Assembly (NCBI RefSeq): GCF_006345805.1
Contig: NC_043008.1
Location: 27,156,001 to 27,220,000 of the forward strand
Source: Octopus sinensis
Taxonomy: Eukaryota
Length of the DNA stretch: 64,000 bases
Reading direction: 5' to 3'
A program made the translations under genes and the position numbers. Position 1 is the first letter of the stretch; every line of letters starts with the position of its first letter. Below, one piece after another: positions 1 through 12,996 of this stretch. Below the pieces are notes generated by a model. That model did not search any database, was not told the origin of the DNA, and saw only the letters and a list, made by a program, of their open reading frames with translations.

Positions 1-350
1 AACTCGGTAAGACTGAAACTTTCATGATATTCATTTCTTGTCGATCACTAGTAACCCTATTGAATTTTGTGCATTTAAACAAGCTGATCTACAGTTTTTA
101 TATCATTGATTGTTATGAACTTTTAAACTTGTTAATATTGAAACATTTAAACATGTTTTTCTAATTCATAATTCTAAATTTTTACCATTGAGAAACAAAC
201 AAAAATATTAATGAAACTAGTTTGGTATATATGCAAATAAACTTTTTTAAAAACAATTACAAGTTTTCCAAATTTACGTGAATTTTCAACAGCAAAATTG
301 CCGATACCGTTTCCTGCGTGGAAATACATTCTCTCCTTTGTTAATATATA

Positions 351-427
<77 letters not shown>

Positions 428-639
428 AAATACACATTACGTACAGGACATCACCAACAAGCGAAAAATACGTAAACACACTATGTATTTTTCGTTCGTA
501 GGTGATGTTCTGTACTTAATGGAGATTTAGTATACACCAGGTGCAAAATTATGAGTTGAAAATATGTGGAAGACGTATAAAAGTGGGAGAAAAATGCCTT
601 CGCTTCACATAGTTTAATATCTTTTTATAAAGAAATGTT

Positions 640-3080
640 TAGAAAAATATATGCATATGTTATGGATGTCATGATATCCAACCGGTTTTCGCTATATAAA
701 TTAGCTTTTCAAGAGACATCGTGAAGTAATCAATTCTTGTGACAAAACAGTCTCGCCATTTGTATTCTTCAAAAATAAGAATGAGTCTATAGAGTGGACC
801 AAGGGAGGTAACAGGGGAAGACAACTAACTATTCAGTATAATTTTTGAAATGTTTAAGTTAGAATATTAAGGTGTGGTCTGTATTTTTGTATGAACAGGC
901 TTTCCTTGTTTAGGCGTTCTTGTAAAGAGATTGAATGGTTGCATTGTTATAATGGAAATATTTGAAAATTTAGCGTTTTATATCTTGCGCATCTGACGAT
1001 ATGTTCGCTCAGGGCTATCTGCCAGTATTGAGGAAAACGGATCTGTTCTTTATGCAGCGTTACTCTGCGTCTCAAAGTAAGGCTCGTTTACTCCACATAA
1101 TTGTGGCCACAACTTGAGCAGGTTAAGACATAGATAAAGTTCTGGGAAGCGCATGTGAAGTTGGTCATAATTGAGAATTTTTCTCCTTTCTGAATTCCGA
1201 GCCTTCCGTCAGGTCTGGGCATGTACCACAATTAGATCGTCTTCATTTTTTAACTGTTGGTATCGTATTATTGAGTATAGTTTTGTATTTGCTGGGAGTC
1301 TCGTGAGTGATTTGTGTTGTCTTTTGCATTTGAGGAGTTTATGTGTATTTAGGCTGTTGTTCATTTTCAGGTCTTAAGTGAGCAGAGGGAGATTTTGTTT
1401 AATTGTATGCTTCATTTTTTCTGGGGCTGTGGATTGATATATATAGGAGTGATTTAAAATGAGGTGTGGTGTTTTGTTTTGTTGTCCTTAGTGTGTTTGT
1501 ATCCAATTTTTTGGCGCGTTCAATTCCATGGTCTATAAGTGCGGGTGGGTATTGACGTTCAATGAGTATTATTTCGAGGTCTTTTAGGCGAAGTTCCTCA
1601 GTGGCTGTTTCAGATACAATTGTACAGATCCTTTTAGCTAGATTGAATGGAATCTTAATTTTGGCGTGTTTAGGATGGCATAAACTGAAAAGGAGATACT
1701 GTTTTGAGTCTGTTGGTTTGTTGTAGACGTCAGTTGCAATTGGACTGTTGGAGTTTTTATAATCAAAAAGTCCAGAAAATTGAAATATTCCTTGCTATAT
1801 TCCATTGTAAATTGAATATTGGAGATTATATTGTTTAGTGTGGATTTGGCATCCAGGAGTTTATCATAGGTTTCATTCCAGATGATAAAACAATCGTCTA
1901 GGTACCTTTTCTAGTTTTCTCTTATATACTGGTGGAATGGGGACCCACATTTTTGGAGTGAAAGTTCATATAGGGTAGATTCAAAGAAACCCATTATTAG
2001 GTTCGCAAGGACAGGCGTTGCTTTCGTTCTCATCGCAATACTGCATCTTTGGCAGTAGTATTTTGCATCGAATAGGAAGTGTTTTGTAGGATGAACTTCA
2101 GGGATTCAAGGACAAAGGTCTGGTTTATGCGATACGGGAGAACTTTGGGGTATTTTTCTAACCAGAATTTTATTGCCTCTTTTCTGTAGTCATGTGGAAT
2201 GTTAGTGTAGAGGTTGATGACATCGAAGGACACTAATAGTGCTTCGTCGTTGGTGGATTTTGGCAGGTGCTCTTGCGTGTCCAGATCGTCTCTAATGAAA
2301 CTTTTAACTGAGGAAAGGTTTCAATAGTATGTCCAGATAGTTGCGTAGGTGGTGTCTTTCACAGGCTGGGCCTACTATAATAGGCCTTAATTTAAAGTCC
2401 TCTGGTGTTGGGATATTTATGTATAGACTTGGATTTGATTTGCAAGCATTAGTAATTATTTGACACTTGTGGATTTTGGGGAGGCCATAGAAAAGGCTTG
2501 GTTTGCATTTAAAGTTTGTGATATAGTCTTTCTCTTTTTCTGTGAGGACTTTTCCATGTTTGAGTATTAAAGATGCAAGATCTTTTAATATTTTTTGCTG
2601 CCTATAATTTGCAACTTTTTCAGAAATGGAGTCATTTTCTAGTATGGACAATTCTAGGTTTTTATAGTATTCTGTGTCCATCAGGACTACGGCACTACGG
2701 TTTTCTGCTTCTTTGATTGTCAGGTCTTTGTCGTTTTTTAGGTGCTTCTATTGTATGTTGTTGAAGTTAGGTACAAGTTTTGGTTTCTAGATAGCGTGAG
2801 GAAAATTTTGGATACGGTTGCAGAAGTTGTCCAGTGTTTTATTCCTTCCTTTGGGTGGTAGATAATTACTTTTGTTTTTCATCAGTGATTCATCATCGTT
2901 GTTGTAGTTGGTTACTGCTTTTGTCAATAACATTTTTTAATGGAATTCTGCAATATTATCTTTAATCTCAGTGAAGTTGAGTCTTCGTAGGGTGAGTGTA
3001 AAATTTAAAACTTTAGCTAATATAAAGATTTTTGTTGTGGAGAGTGTTTTCTAAGATAAGTTGATTATTTGGGGTTATAA
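640..3080 (-). mobile_element. Penelope-like retroelement remnant (RT + C-terminal GIY-YIG endonuclease), frameshifted, 5' part interrupted by a SINE
   Basis: Minus-strand translations give PLE RT motifs FYGLPKIHK...LRPII (ORF 2304-2681), SFDVINLYTNIP (ORF 2030-2233) and RYLDDCF (~1880-1900). They also give CGTCP, the GIY-YIG motif FIYVLTCSSCGHNYV (~1090-1140) and the C-terminus ESLFIQKYRPHLN (~865-905). Confidence 0.9.
680..712 (-). ncRNA. Degenerate hammerhead motif in the 3' region (pLTR) of the PLE
   Basis: Minus strand reads TTGAAAA-GCTA/atttata/TAGC-GAAA-ACCGGT-TG. Stem II and a palindromic stem III are present, but the core is mutated (C3, G8, H17). Confidence 0.35.
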
Positions 3081-3082
3081 GG

Positions 3083-3417
3083 GGGGTAAAGACCCCCTTC
3101 GGTCATGAATGACCATGGGATTGCACCTAGAAAGTTACTCTCCTAGACACAAGTCCGGGCAAGGTTGTTTATGGGAGACCAGCAGTCGCCCATGCATACC
3201 AGCCTCTCCTCTCCACGCGACCAGTGTTATCCAAGGGAAAGACAAAGGTCGATACAGCTTGGCACCAGAGACGTCGCAACTCATTTCTACAGATGAGTGA
3301 ACTGGAGCAACGTGAAATAAAGTGCCTTGCTCGAGAACACAACAGGCAGCCCGGTCCGGGATTCGAGCTCACAACCTCACGATCGTAAGCTCGACGCTCT
3401 AACGACTGAACCATTCC
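3083..3417 (-). mobile_element. tRNA-derived SINE (family C)
   Basis: Minus-strand head with A/B-box-like motifs (TTCAGTCGTTAGAGCG...GAGCTCGAATCCC). The body is shared with 18255-18582 and 43196-43404. Confidence 0.85.
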
Positions 3418-3646
3418 TATAAATATATATATATATGTGTGTGTGTTTGTGTGTGTGCTTGTGTGTGTGTTTGTTTTGTGTGTGTATGCGTGTGTGTGTG
3501 CATGCATGTATATGTTTGTATATATATATATATATATCTATATACGTACATATATACATATATATACATATATGTATATGTATATGTGTATATATGTCTG
3601 TGCTTCTGGGCGTGCATATATATATATATATATATATATAATTAAT

Positions 3647-3975
3647 TAAGGGTAGAAATTGATATTTATCAATTAAGACCAGTGGTCTAGCATATTAAAA
3701 AAGAATCCGAAGATTAAAATATTTATATATACCAATTAAGGACTGAACACGAAAAGTGGACAGTCAACATGCTAGATATAGACGTCAAATCGCCATTCAC
3801 CACAAAAGATTATGTTCTCAGATCAAACTCAACACAAAACCATAGCAATAAACAAGTGAAAAATATACGAAATAAAATAATTACCCATGTACTAAATTAG
3901 TTTCAGCTGTTATTTTCCGCAAGGAAAACTGCAGCCATCATCAGCATGCTGATGTTTCGTGTTCAGTCCTTAATT

Positions 3976-3977
<2 letters not shown>
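3647..3977 (-). mobile_element. Short non-coding HHR-bearing element between (TA)n tracts, with a 23-bp perfect inverted repeat
   Basis: CCAATTAAGGACTGAACACGAAA at 3732-3754 and its reverse complement at 3955-3977. (TA)n lies on both flanks and the element contains HHR 3886-3948. Confidence 0.65.
3886..3948 (-). ncRNA. Type I hammerhead ribozyme, canonical core
   Basis: CAUG-CUGAUGA-U-GGCUG[cag UUUUCC uugc GGAAAA uaa]CAGCU-GAAAC-UAAUUUA-GU-A-CAUG. Stem I is 4 bp, stem II 5 bp plus a 6-bp extension, stem III closed, with a GUA cleavage triplet. Confidence 0.85.
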
Positions 3978-4024
<47 letters not shown>

Positions 4025-4596
4025 TCGCACATACATAAAGTCGCACACACACACATATATTCATATTCTTTCTTTCATTTTATTTACTCATTTACAGCAT
4101 CTGACCGTGTTCCTTGGTGATGCGGAAGAAATTTTCAGCCTGAGCTTTCGGTAGTCTTCTGATATTTTCTGACTAAATACAATAGTTTCTTGTTTATATT
4201 TTAATAATATATTCGACCTACTCTGTCTTGCATCTTATTAAGTACATAATGGTGTATGTTGTAAATTTATATAAAGAACCGCTTTGTTTATAAGCCCCTG
4301 ATAATATTGCATTGTATCAGAGTACAAAAGTCCAGGCTACACCATGTATTAAGTACTAATTTGTGACATTGATTTAACTTGTATTCTGACGCATATTTGT
4401 CGATTCAGTTCCCAACCTCTCAATTTTCAAAACTTCCCTACGTCACGGTCAAACAAGACAAAAATAGATTATTTCAAGTACTGGTTCCCAGTCTATTGAT
4501 TAGTTGATTAAGTATTCTCTGTTTCAGCCATTTTGTCCGCACAAAAACTATTGGACATTAAATATATAATTATATTATGGGGGAAAACATAACTTT

Positions 4597-4845
4597 CGTT
4601 ACCACGCCGGGAAAAATGCTTAGTGGCATCTCGTCTGCCTTTCAGGGCAGTGAGCTGGTAGAATCGTTAGCACGCTGGACAACATGCTTAGGGACATTTC
4701 GTTTATCTTTACTTTCTGAGAATAAATTTCACCGAGGTAGACTTTGCCTCTTATCCGTTCGGGGTCGATAAAATAAGTACAACCTGATGTAATTAATTTA
4801 CTCCCTTCCCCGAAATTGTAAGCGTTGGCCCAAAGTTTGAAATCC
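4597..4845 (+). mobile_element. tRNA-derived SINE (family B), degraded, with partial tandem head
   Basis: GGCAGTGAGCTGGTAGAATCGTTAGCACG head and GGGGTCGATAAAATAAGTAC body motif; related to 13445-13650. Confidence 0.6.
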
Positions 4846-5854
4846 TGATGGAAAATTTTTGAAAATTAATAATATCTGGGCCACACTGATATTTATTGCT
4901 TTAAATAAATATAGTATATGCTATATACCTTTTGGTACACAAAGCATTCTTAATGTAGTTCCATAATTATAACTAATTAAGAACTGGACGGCGTGTAAAG
5001 TTCCGAACTGTACAGAAATACATTCCTATACAACAGTTCTTTTTAGTCTAAACTCTTGTCTTCTTGAATTCTAGACTAAATTAACATGGTTGTCTCTTTA
5101 TATTGCTTACAGCTAAACTATACAATTACATTCCTGTGAATAAATGTTAACTGATTTTATATTGTTATTCATTTTGGTTTTTGTTTTGTGTAACCAGAAT
5201 GTTTATAAATGACTCCTAATTTAATCTTCTAAAGAAAGGAAAGAAATGGAAGCGGGGTGTTGTCTACAATTTCTCTTTTTGTCTTTGATTTTTAATTTAA
5301 TGTACGTTATAGCATGATTTGAACGTTGAGAAGAACATAGTCAAAAGAGAATGCAAAAATATTTGTAAAATATATGGTTTGCTTTCTTAAAAAAATATTT
5401 TTATCATCATCATCATCGTCATCATCATCATCATCATCATCATCAACATTGTGGTGTACGCCAAAGGCAGATTTAATTAGAGCATATGCTTCTATATTTA
5501 AGCAAAGACAAACTTGAAATCAAATGATTTCGAACAGACTACATCAAATACAACAGGTTTATATTTAATTGGGAAATAGCCAAGGAATGAAGGAAACATC
5601 GTGACCCAATTTATCAACTTGTTACTGACATGGCTCACACTATTTTATATATGCATTATTTTCTTTCAATTTGATATTCATTATACTTTTTTGGTATAAG
5701 ATAAATGAACGACGTCTGAGTTCAAACTCCGAGATCCGAGAAGTAACTCGAAATAATAATGGTATCAATCCGTTTAGGAGAAATTTAATATAGTTTCTAC
5801 CGATTGCTGTTAACCTATATCAGTATAAATGTGTATGCATATATTTTTATGTAT

Positions 5855-5902
<48 letters not shown>

Positions 5903-6025
5903 CATATACACGACTGTAACGCAAGCAACGCAACACTCAATTAGTCAGTGGGATAGGCATTTTGACCAACTTACTAATACTAAAGGAGTGGAAGTGACCC
6001 AGTGCGCGTGTTATTAATATTGGCA

Positions 6026-6073
6026 TAATGACTCACTCTCCCCAGGCATATGCCTAGGGAGAGTGAGTCATTA
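6026..6073. repeat. 48-nt near-perfect palindrome
   Basis: TAATGACTCACTCTCCC-c-AGGCATATGCCT-a-GGGAGAGTGAGTCATTA, with a single C/A mismatch. Confidence 0.9.
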
Positions 6074-7337
6074 CACGCACACACACACACAGACACACAT
6101 TTTATACTAATATTTATATATATATTCATATTTTTTACGTATTCATAATTATATAATTATAGATATCTATATATATTTATCATTCGTCGCCATTACAAAC
6201 TCTTCTGCAAGATTGACAATAACCTATCTAAATTAGCATCCTCACACACCACCCGCTGGGTATATTTGCAATGTAGTTAACTCCAAGTTAATTTCATATG
6301 CTATATACGATGGTTCATGTAGCACAATACAATTACAACCAAACCTCGTGCCTTTTCCGAGCGTTTTACATAAGCACATACATCATCACATAAACACAAA
6401 TTTTTTCCACGCGATTTAAACTAGTTCCAGACTTGGCAATTTGTTGGATGCCCTTATCTTGCACAACAAACTTGAAAATGTGTCAAGATAGTCATCTGGA
6501 AGTTATCATCACAAAACGCTCGCATATCAATAAAAGTATAAATTTGCTTGTAAGAAGATTAATATATCAGAAACGCCGGTGGATAGAGAATGTAACAAGA
6601 GTAGCACCAACATATATCTTACCGTAAATAGATACATTCAAGACACTCGCATAGGCGCGTATAAATCTTATAACATTATGGAGCATACATACAAGAATTA
6701 TAATCAATGGCTTGCGTAATTATTGTATGAGTAAGTCACTGCATGTTAAATGATACTAACTATTCCAACTGCTGTTAATACGATCGTAAATAAATAATAA
6801 ATATAATAGCAGTTTTTTCAGTCATTATTTGTTATAGTTTATACCATCCGATTGATGGTCATCTGGATTTCAATTTTACGCAGAACAGTATGGGATTGCT
6901 GGATTCTTTTCCACTTCTAACTATCTGTTATCCTGAGATTCTGCATGATTCCTGAGGAGGAAGGTTTTGGATCTCCCAAATCCAACTTTACTGACAATAT
7001 ATTTATGAATATGTGTGTGTGATTATGGGAATAATTATAGATGTTCTCAGACACACATGCACACAAGTAAAATACCCCCAACCCCCACACACGCACTCAC
7101 ACACACACACTCACTCTTTCACTCACTCTCTCTCCCTCTCCCTCTTACACACGCACGCATATATACAAATGTATGTATGTAAACGTTAATTCTGGAAGTC
7201 GGAACTTTATTGTTCAAAGGAAAATGTAAAAACCTTGAACGAATAAAAAAAGATGTTGGATAAAAGGTTTAAAATATGGAATACTGCAGAGGTTTTATAA
7301 AACATTTTCTGTGTACGTATATACATACGTAGATACA

Positions 7338-7426
<89 letters not shown>

Positions 7427-7798
7427 ATGTATGTATGCTGTTGACATCACAGGCATTCATAAATTTTCCAGAGAATGGGCAGAAATTGTTTCTGGAATTG
7501 TTTCTCGAAGTACATATCTTGTCTATTGATATATACTTATAAAATGTAAGTTTGTAAGGAGAACGCTTACAACACTAAATAAATTATTTTTCGTGTATTT
7601 TCAACTAATCTGACCCCAACATGCTCACTTTGGACTTTTTATTCCAACACAGGTTGGTGAGGAGATGCGATGAATTGATTTTAAAATTCGGAGTACGGAA
7701 GTGTGGAAATTCAATTCTATGTTTAAGAGATGAGGAATTATGGACATTATTTACATTATTTACATTTGACGGATATTTGTCTTTATCTTGTTTGCTGT

Positions 7799-7854
7799 TA
7801 ACATAACGTTTCGGCTGGATATACCCTCCAGTCTTCATCAGGTAAATTTCGATG

Positions 7855-7857
<3 letters not shown>
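7799..7857 (-). ncRNA. Hammerhead motif with intact core and atypical stem I/III
   Basis: CUGAUGA-A-GaCUGGA/ggguaua/UCCAGcC-GAAAC-GUU-AUGUUA. A complementary UAACAU lies 10 nt upstream of the core. Confidence 0.6.
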
Positions 7858-7931
<74 letters not shown>

Positions 7932-8224
7932 CATCATTATTATCATTCAGTAGTTTTATTTTCATAGCGTGTTCTCACTAGACTACCGAGCGCAGCTCGG
8001 TGTGCCTTGAGTATGTGCTGTGATTTGTTGTGATGCTTTGATGGTTTTTGTCGTTTTCGTTGACTAAATATAGGCAATCCACTTTTCATAAAATGTGATG
8101 ATTTTACCTTGGAAACGTTTGGTAGCAAGTTTACTCTTCAATGACTAACAGTGGGAATCGATTTGATGAAGCTAAATTGCATTCACATTACGAAGGACCC
8201 ACTGACCAAGTTTAGACATTTTTC

Positions 8225-8264
8225 ATAGATGATGAAGATGTCTTATGATCGAAATGCATCTTGA
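8225..8264 (+). ncRNA. Degenerate minimal hammerhead motif
   Basis: ATGATGA-A-GAT...ATC-GAAA-TGCA-TC: C3 mutated, palindromic stem III (ATGCAT), AUC triplet. Confidence 0.4.
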
Positions 8265-8649
8265 ATTGAAACTGCTTTGCTAATTCTAGTGAAATTTACT
8301 TTATATTTTCTGTAACTAAGAGTTTTAGATGATCAATATTGACAGTATTTGGTCGCCTGGATCGAGAGTAGCCAGGGAGAAAAATATATCACGAAAAAGG
8401 CCAACATATTGTTGGTATGCCTGGACATATTAAACTTCATTTTCATTGAGAGAACAAATAACTTGACGCATCTGCAGCTGAAGATTTCCTTATGAATCCA
8501 TACAGCATGCAATATCTCATATGGGTTCTGATATGATCTATGATTTTGAGCATTATGATATAAAGTAATCTGCAAATATAGAAAAAAAACTAGAATGTAA
8601 AAATTAATGTTTATTTTAGCGCATGGATTAGAAAGGTACCTTCAATGTG

Positions 8650-9090
8650 ATCATGACAAAAATTCGACTAGACTTACCTATACATTGTAATGAGTATATC
8701 ACATGTAAGTTAGACAGAGATTGTAAAAGAAATAATGTAGTATATCAAGCAAAAATCATAAGACAGGATTTTTTAAAATACCATTATACCGGAGCGAGAA
8801 AAAACTGGATCAAATTACGAATAGCGAACCATGAATCGACATTCAGGGACCAAAACAAAAGGAACAGAACTGGACTCTCAAAACAATATATAGCACCTCA
8901 TAAAAAAACAACAATGTTAAGTGTATAATTAAATGGAAAATTTTAGCACATGCACGTTCTTACAAAATTAACAATAAACACTGTAGATTATGTCTGGAAT
9001 AAAACCATAAAATTATGAATAGGAAAAGGAACCTAGTTAGTAGGTGTTTTTTCCATGTAAATACATGACAAAATATCTCATTATTAAACT
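8650..9090 (+). mobile_element. PLE GIY-YIG endonuclease C-terminal fragment (second PLE family)
   Basis: ORF 8647-8928 contains CKLDRDCKRNNVVYQAKI...YTG...KLRIANHESTFRDQNKRNRTGLSK. Same family as 54560-55150. Confidence 0.75.
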
Positions 9091-9450
9091 AAAGTGATAT
9101 AAAAATATTGTTTAATATTATTCAATATCACACTTAAATATGCAATTCAATTTTGAACAAATTTTCATTGCCATATCCTTATTAAATACTTATAGATATC
9201 CTCTCTAATATATGAAATTAATATATGAAATTGAGATATGAAATACATAGTCTCACTTATAACATTTAAGTAGGTTCTCAAGATGTGTATTTGTATATTT
9301 TTTCTGACGGTACAAACAGTCGAACTCTAGATGTGGACTCTAGATGTTTGTATGTCTATATGTGAAGACATAAATTTGCATGATTTACTCCTAACTTTGG
9401 TGTGCAAATTTCTTTTTTATATATTTAAAAAAATAATATCTGAATATATA

Positions 9451-9486
<36 letters not shown>

Positions 9487-9516
9487 TGTATGTATGTATG
9501 TATGTATGTATGTATG

Positions 9517-9554
<38 letters not shown>

Positions 9555-9879
9555 TGTATATCATGTTGTTATGTACTGTTGTATGTACGCATGTGACCGT
9601 ATACGTATGTGTGCCTATATGCGTGTATATATATATGTATATACTTACATGTATATGATTGTCTATGTAGGCTGTGCCCCTACACGGTCAGTATACGGTG
9701 TATCTGCCTAAATACGCACATTAGAATATTCGGCCTTATAGTGGTAGGACTGTGCCTGCATAGTTATATGCATAAGAATGCATATATTTGTATAGGCGCA
9801 GATACCTCCTTTTAACTATACGCCTATAGGTGTATATATATGTATGTGTATGGGTGTATGTACACACATGCATATGTAT

Positions 9880-9914
<35 letters not shown>

Positions 9915-10429
9915 ATATGCTTTATATGTATTTTTATATATAATTGTATGTGATTGACCATATATATATGTATGTGTATTTATATGTGTGTATATATGTA
10001 TATATATATGTATGTATATATGATTGTGTATGTATATATATGCGTGTGTATGTGAGTATATATATATTTGTGTATGAGTATGCATGTATATGTATGTGTG
10101 TTTGTGTGTATGTATATGCATATATGTGTGTATGTACATATATGTATCTATGTACATGTTTGTGCACGTATGTAAATGTATCTATATGTAAGTATGTATG
10201 CATGTATGTTATTGCCTATATATATATATATATATATATGCACTTGCTCAAGTGTGTATATAATGCATATATATGTGTATATTTTTGTAATTGTGTTTAC
10301 ATTTGTATATGCATATGTCGATGTATGTATGTAATTCACTAGCTATATGGTGTATGTGTATGTATATATTATAATATAATATCTGAGTGTCCAGTTATGC
10401 CAGTCACTAATCATATTAATATTTTTATA

Positions 10430-10464
<35 letters not shown>

Positions 10465-10466
<2 letters not shown>

Positions 10467-10887
10467 CGCAGGAGTGACTGTGTGGTAAGTAGCTTGCTAA
10501 CCAACCACATGGTTCCGGGTTCAGTCCCACTGCGTGGCATCTTGGGCAAGTGTCTTCTGCTATAGCCCCGGGCCGACCAATGCCTTGTGAGTGGATTTGG
10601 TAGACGGAAACTGAAAGAAGCCTGTCGTATATATGCATATATATATTTATATAAGTGTGTGTGTGTATGTTTGTGTGTCTGTGTTTGTCCCCCTAGCATT
10701 GCTCGACAACCGATGGTGGTGTGCTTACGTCCCCGTCACTTAGCGGTTCGGCAAAAGAGACCGATAGAATAAGTACTGGGCTTACAAAGAATAAGTCCCG
10801 GGGTCGATTTGCTCGACTAAAGGCGGGTCTCCAGCATGGCCGCACTCAAATCACTGAAACAAGTAAAAGAATAAAAGAATAAAAGAA
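10465..10887 (+). mobile_element. tRNA-derived SINE (family A), full length
   Basis: Head GGCGCAGGAGTGACTGTGTGGTAAG...GGTTCAGTCCC, internal TA/TG microsatellite, and tail CTGAAACAAGTAAAAGAATAAAAG. Nearly identical to 53846-54268. Confidence 0.9.
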
Positions 10888-10900
10888 TATATATATATAC

Positions 10901-11306
10901 TTTTTAGTCTTTTACTTGTTTCAGTTTTTTGACTGTCGCCATGCTGGAACATCGCCTTTAGTCGAGCAAATCGACCCCAGAACTTAGTCTTTGTTAACCT
11001 AGTACTTATCATATCGGTTTCTTTTGCCGAATCGCTAAATTACGGGCACGCAAACACACCACCATCGGTTGTCAAATGATGTTGTGAAACAAACACTGAG
11101 ACGCAAACATATATTCGCACATACATATATATATACATATATACATCAGGCTTCTTTCAGTTTCCGTCTACCAAATCCACTCACAAGGCTTTGGTCGGCC
11201 CGAGGCTATAGTAGAAGACACTTGCCCAAGGTGCCATGCAGTGGGAGAGAACCCGGAACCATGTGGTTGGGAAGCAAGCTACTTACCACACAGCCACTCC
11301 TGCGCC
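10901..11306 (-). mobile_element. tRNA-derived SINE (family A), inverted and tail-to-tail with the previous copy
   Basis: Reverse complement of family A, from the tail (TTTTACTTGTTTCAG) to the head (CCACACAGCCACTCCTGCGCC). Confidence 0.9.
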
Positions 11307-11317
11307 TATGTATATAT

Positions 11318-11520
11318 AGGGGAGAGTTCACGAAAAAAACAAAAGACGAAGACAGGTGGTGTAGAAAGCAAACAGATGTATTAGTATAACGCTCAGGAAT
11401 TGAAAAAGTCTCTTATATTTTGAGCCTACGAATTACTACAGAGGGGGACACAGAAAAAAACAAGGACAGAAAGGAGAGAAAAAATGTGTGTAGTAGCTAC
11501 CGATCTATCATGTACAGGTA
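11318..11520 (-). repeat. Short pLTR-like repeat family carrying a variant HHR-like motif (decayed copy, motif 11410-11444)
   Basis: Similar to 25200-25370 and 55285-55455 (shared TGTATTAGT and GAGCCTACG segments). Confidence 0.5.
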
Positions 11521-12710
11521 TATGGACATACATGCCCTGAAGCCTGTATATACGCATACAATTGAGTGAGTATATGTGCACATATGTGTGTGCATATCTA
11601 TCTATGTATGTATGGATAGGTACATAGGAATGTACACGCATAGGAATGTACACGCATATTTGTATATGCCTGCAGGTCTATGTATGTATTTGTATGAATA
11701 CGTTTATATACATATATATGTATATATACATATATATATATGTATATATGTGTGTGTCTCTATGTATGTATAAATGTGTGTATATGTATATATGGCTATA
11801 TGGTTATGCATGCGCAGAAGCATATGTATATTGGTATGTAGACAAATATGAATTTGAACGTACATATTTCCATATATCTGTTGACAGTCTATTTACGTTT
11901 TGTTTATTTTTAATATATATATATACGCCAGCATTTTTTCCATTAATTACTGTCTCTTCTACACCACATCAAACTTATATAGCTCTCTTTTTTTAGTTGT
12001 TTTCCTTAATCAGCAACAATATAAACAACTTTTGGATAGTAACTATAAAAAATAACCTTTCTTAATTTACATCGCTCTATAGACGATTATATCAGTTTAT
12101 CAGTTGATAACGTAAGTATAATACCCATTATTTCGAATTTTTTTATAGCTTATTACTAATATAGTGTTTATTACTAAATTTTCTAAAAACATTCCAATAC
12201 AGAGACTAGATAATTAATTGCAACATATAACACTTATTTTTGTCAATGAATATTAGACCTATTATTTACAATAAATACTTAAATTATTAATTTTATAAAC
12301 CTGAAATTATTATTGATTACTATAAATTATTTTTTCTAATAATTTCTTAAGCCGAAAGAACAGTTGACGGTTAAGTAAAAACAAAGTTTTGTATTTGAAA
12401 ATTCTTTCACTTCCTTACTTGGATTTCTCATTGGAAACACATAAACAACCTGACCAGTTGATATAATTCATTTTCGGAGTTTTAAATAGACACACAGATA
12501 GAATGTCATAGAGAGAATGTCATTTTTAAAAATATTACATATATTAGAACCCAATTAAATAATTTTTAGTCTCGTTTGAAATAGGCATGACTCCAAGAAT
12601 GAAGACATTATTACAATGTGACTACTAAGAGAAAATCTATGCAATTTTAACGTCTTTTTTTAGTTTTTATCCCAGCAACCGACGAGTACAACTTTGAGTA
12701 TTCCGATCTT

Positions 12711-12755
12711 CTGCTATGAATATCTGAGTTTTTGGTATGAAACAAATTGTATAAC
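12711..12755 (+). ncRNA. Degenerate hammerhead-like motif
   Basis: CTGCTATGA-ATATC/tgagttttt/GGTAT-GAAAC-AAATT-GT-A. Stems II/III and GUA are present, but the 5' core has an indel and stem I is poor. Confidence 0.3.
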
Positions 12756-12925
12756 GATATGAATAATAATAAAAAATATATAATTCATTTTAACATCTAA
12801 GCTCTTCCATTACATAAATATGAATGTACTTGTTGGACGGTGTTTAATAAGTTAAATCATATACTCATTATATAAATATATATATATGTATATATATATA
12901 TTATATATATATATACATACATATA

Positions 12926-12996
<71 letters not shown>

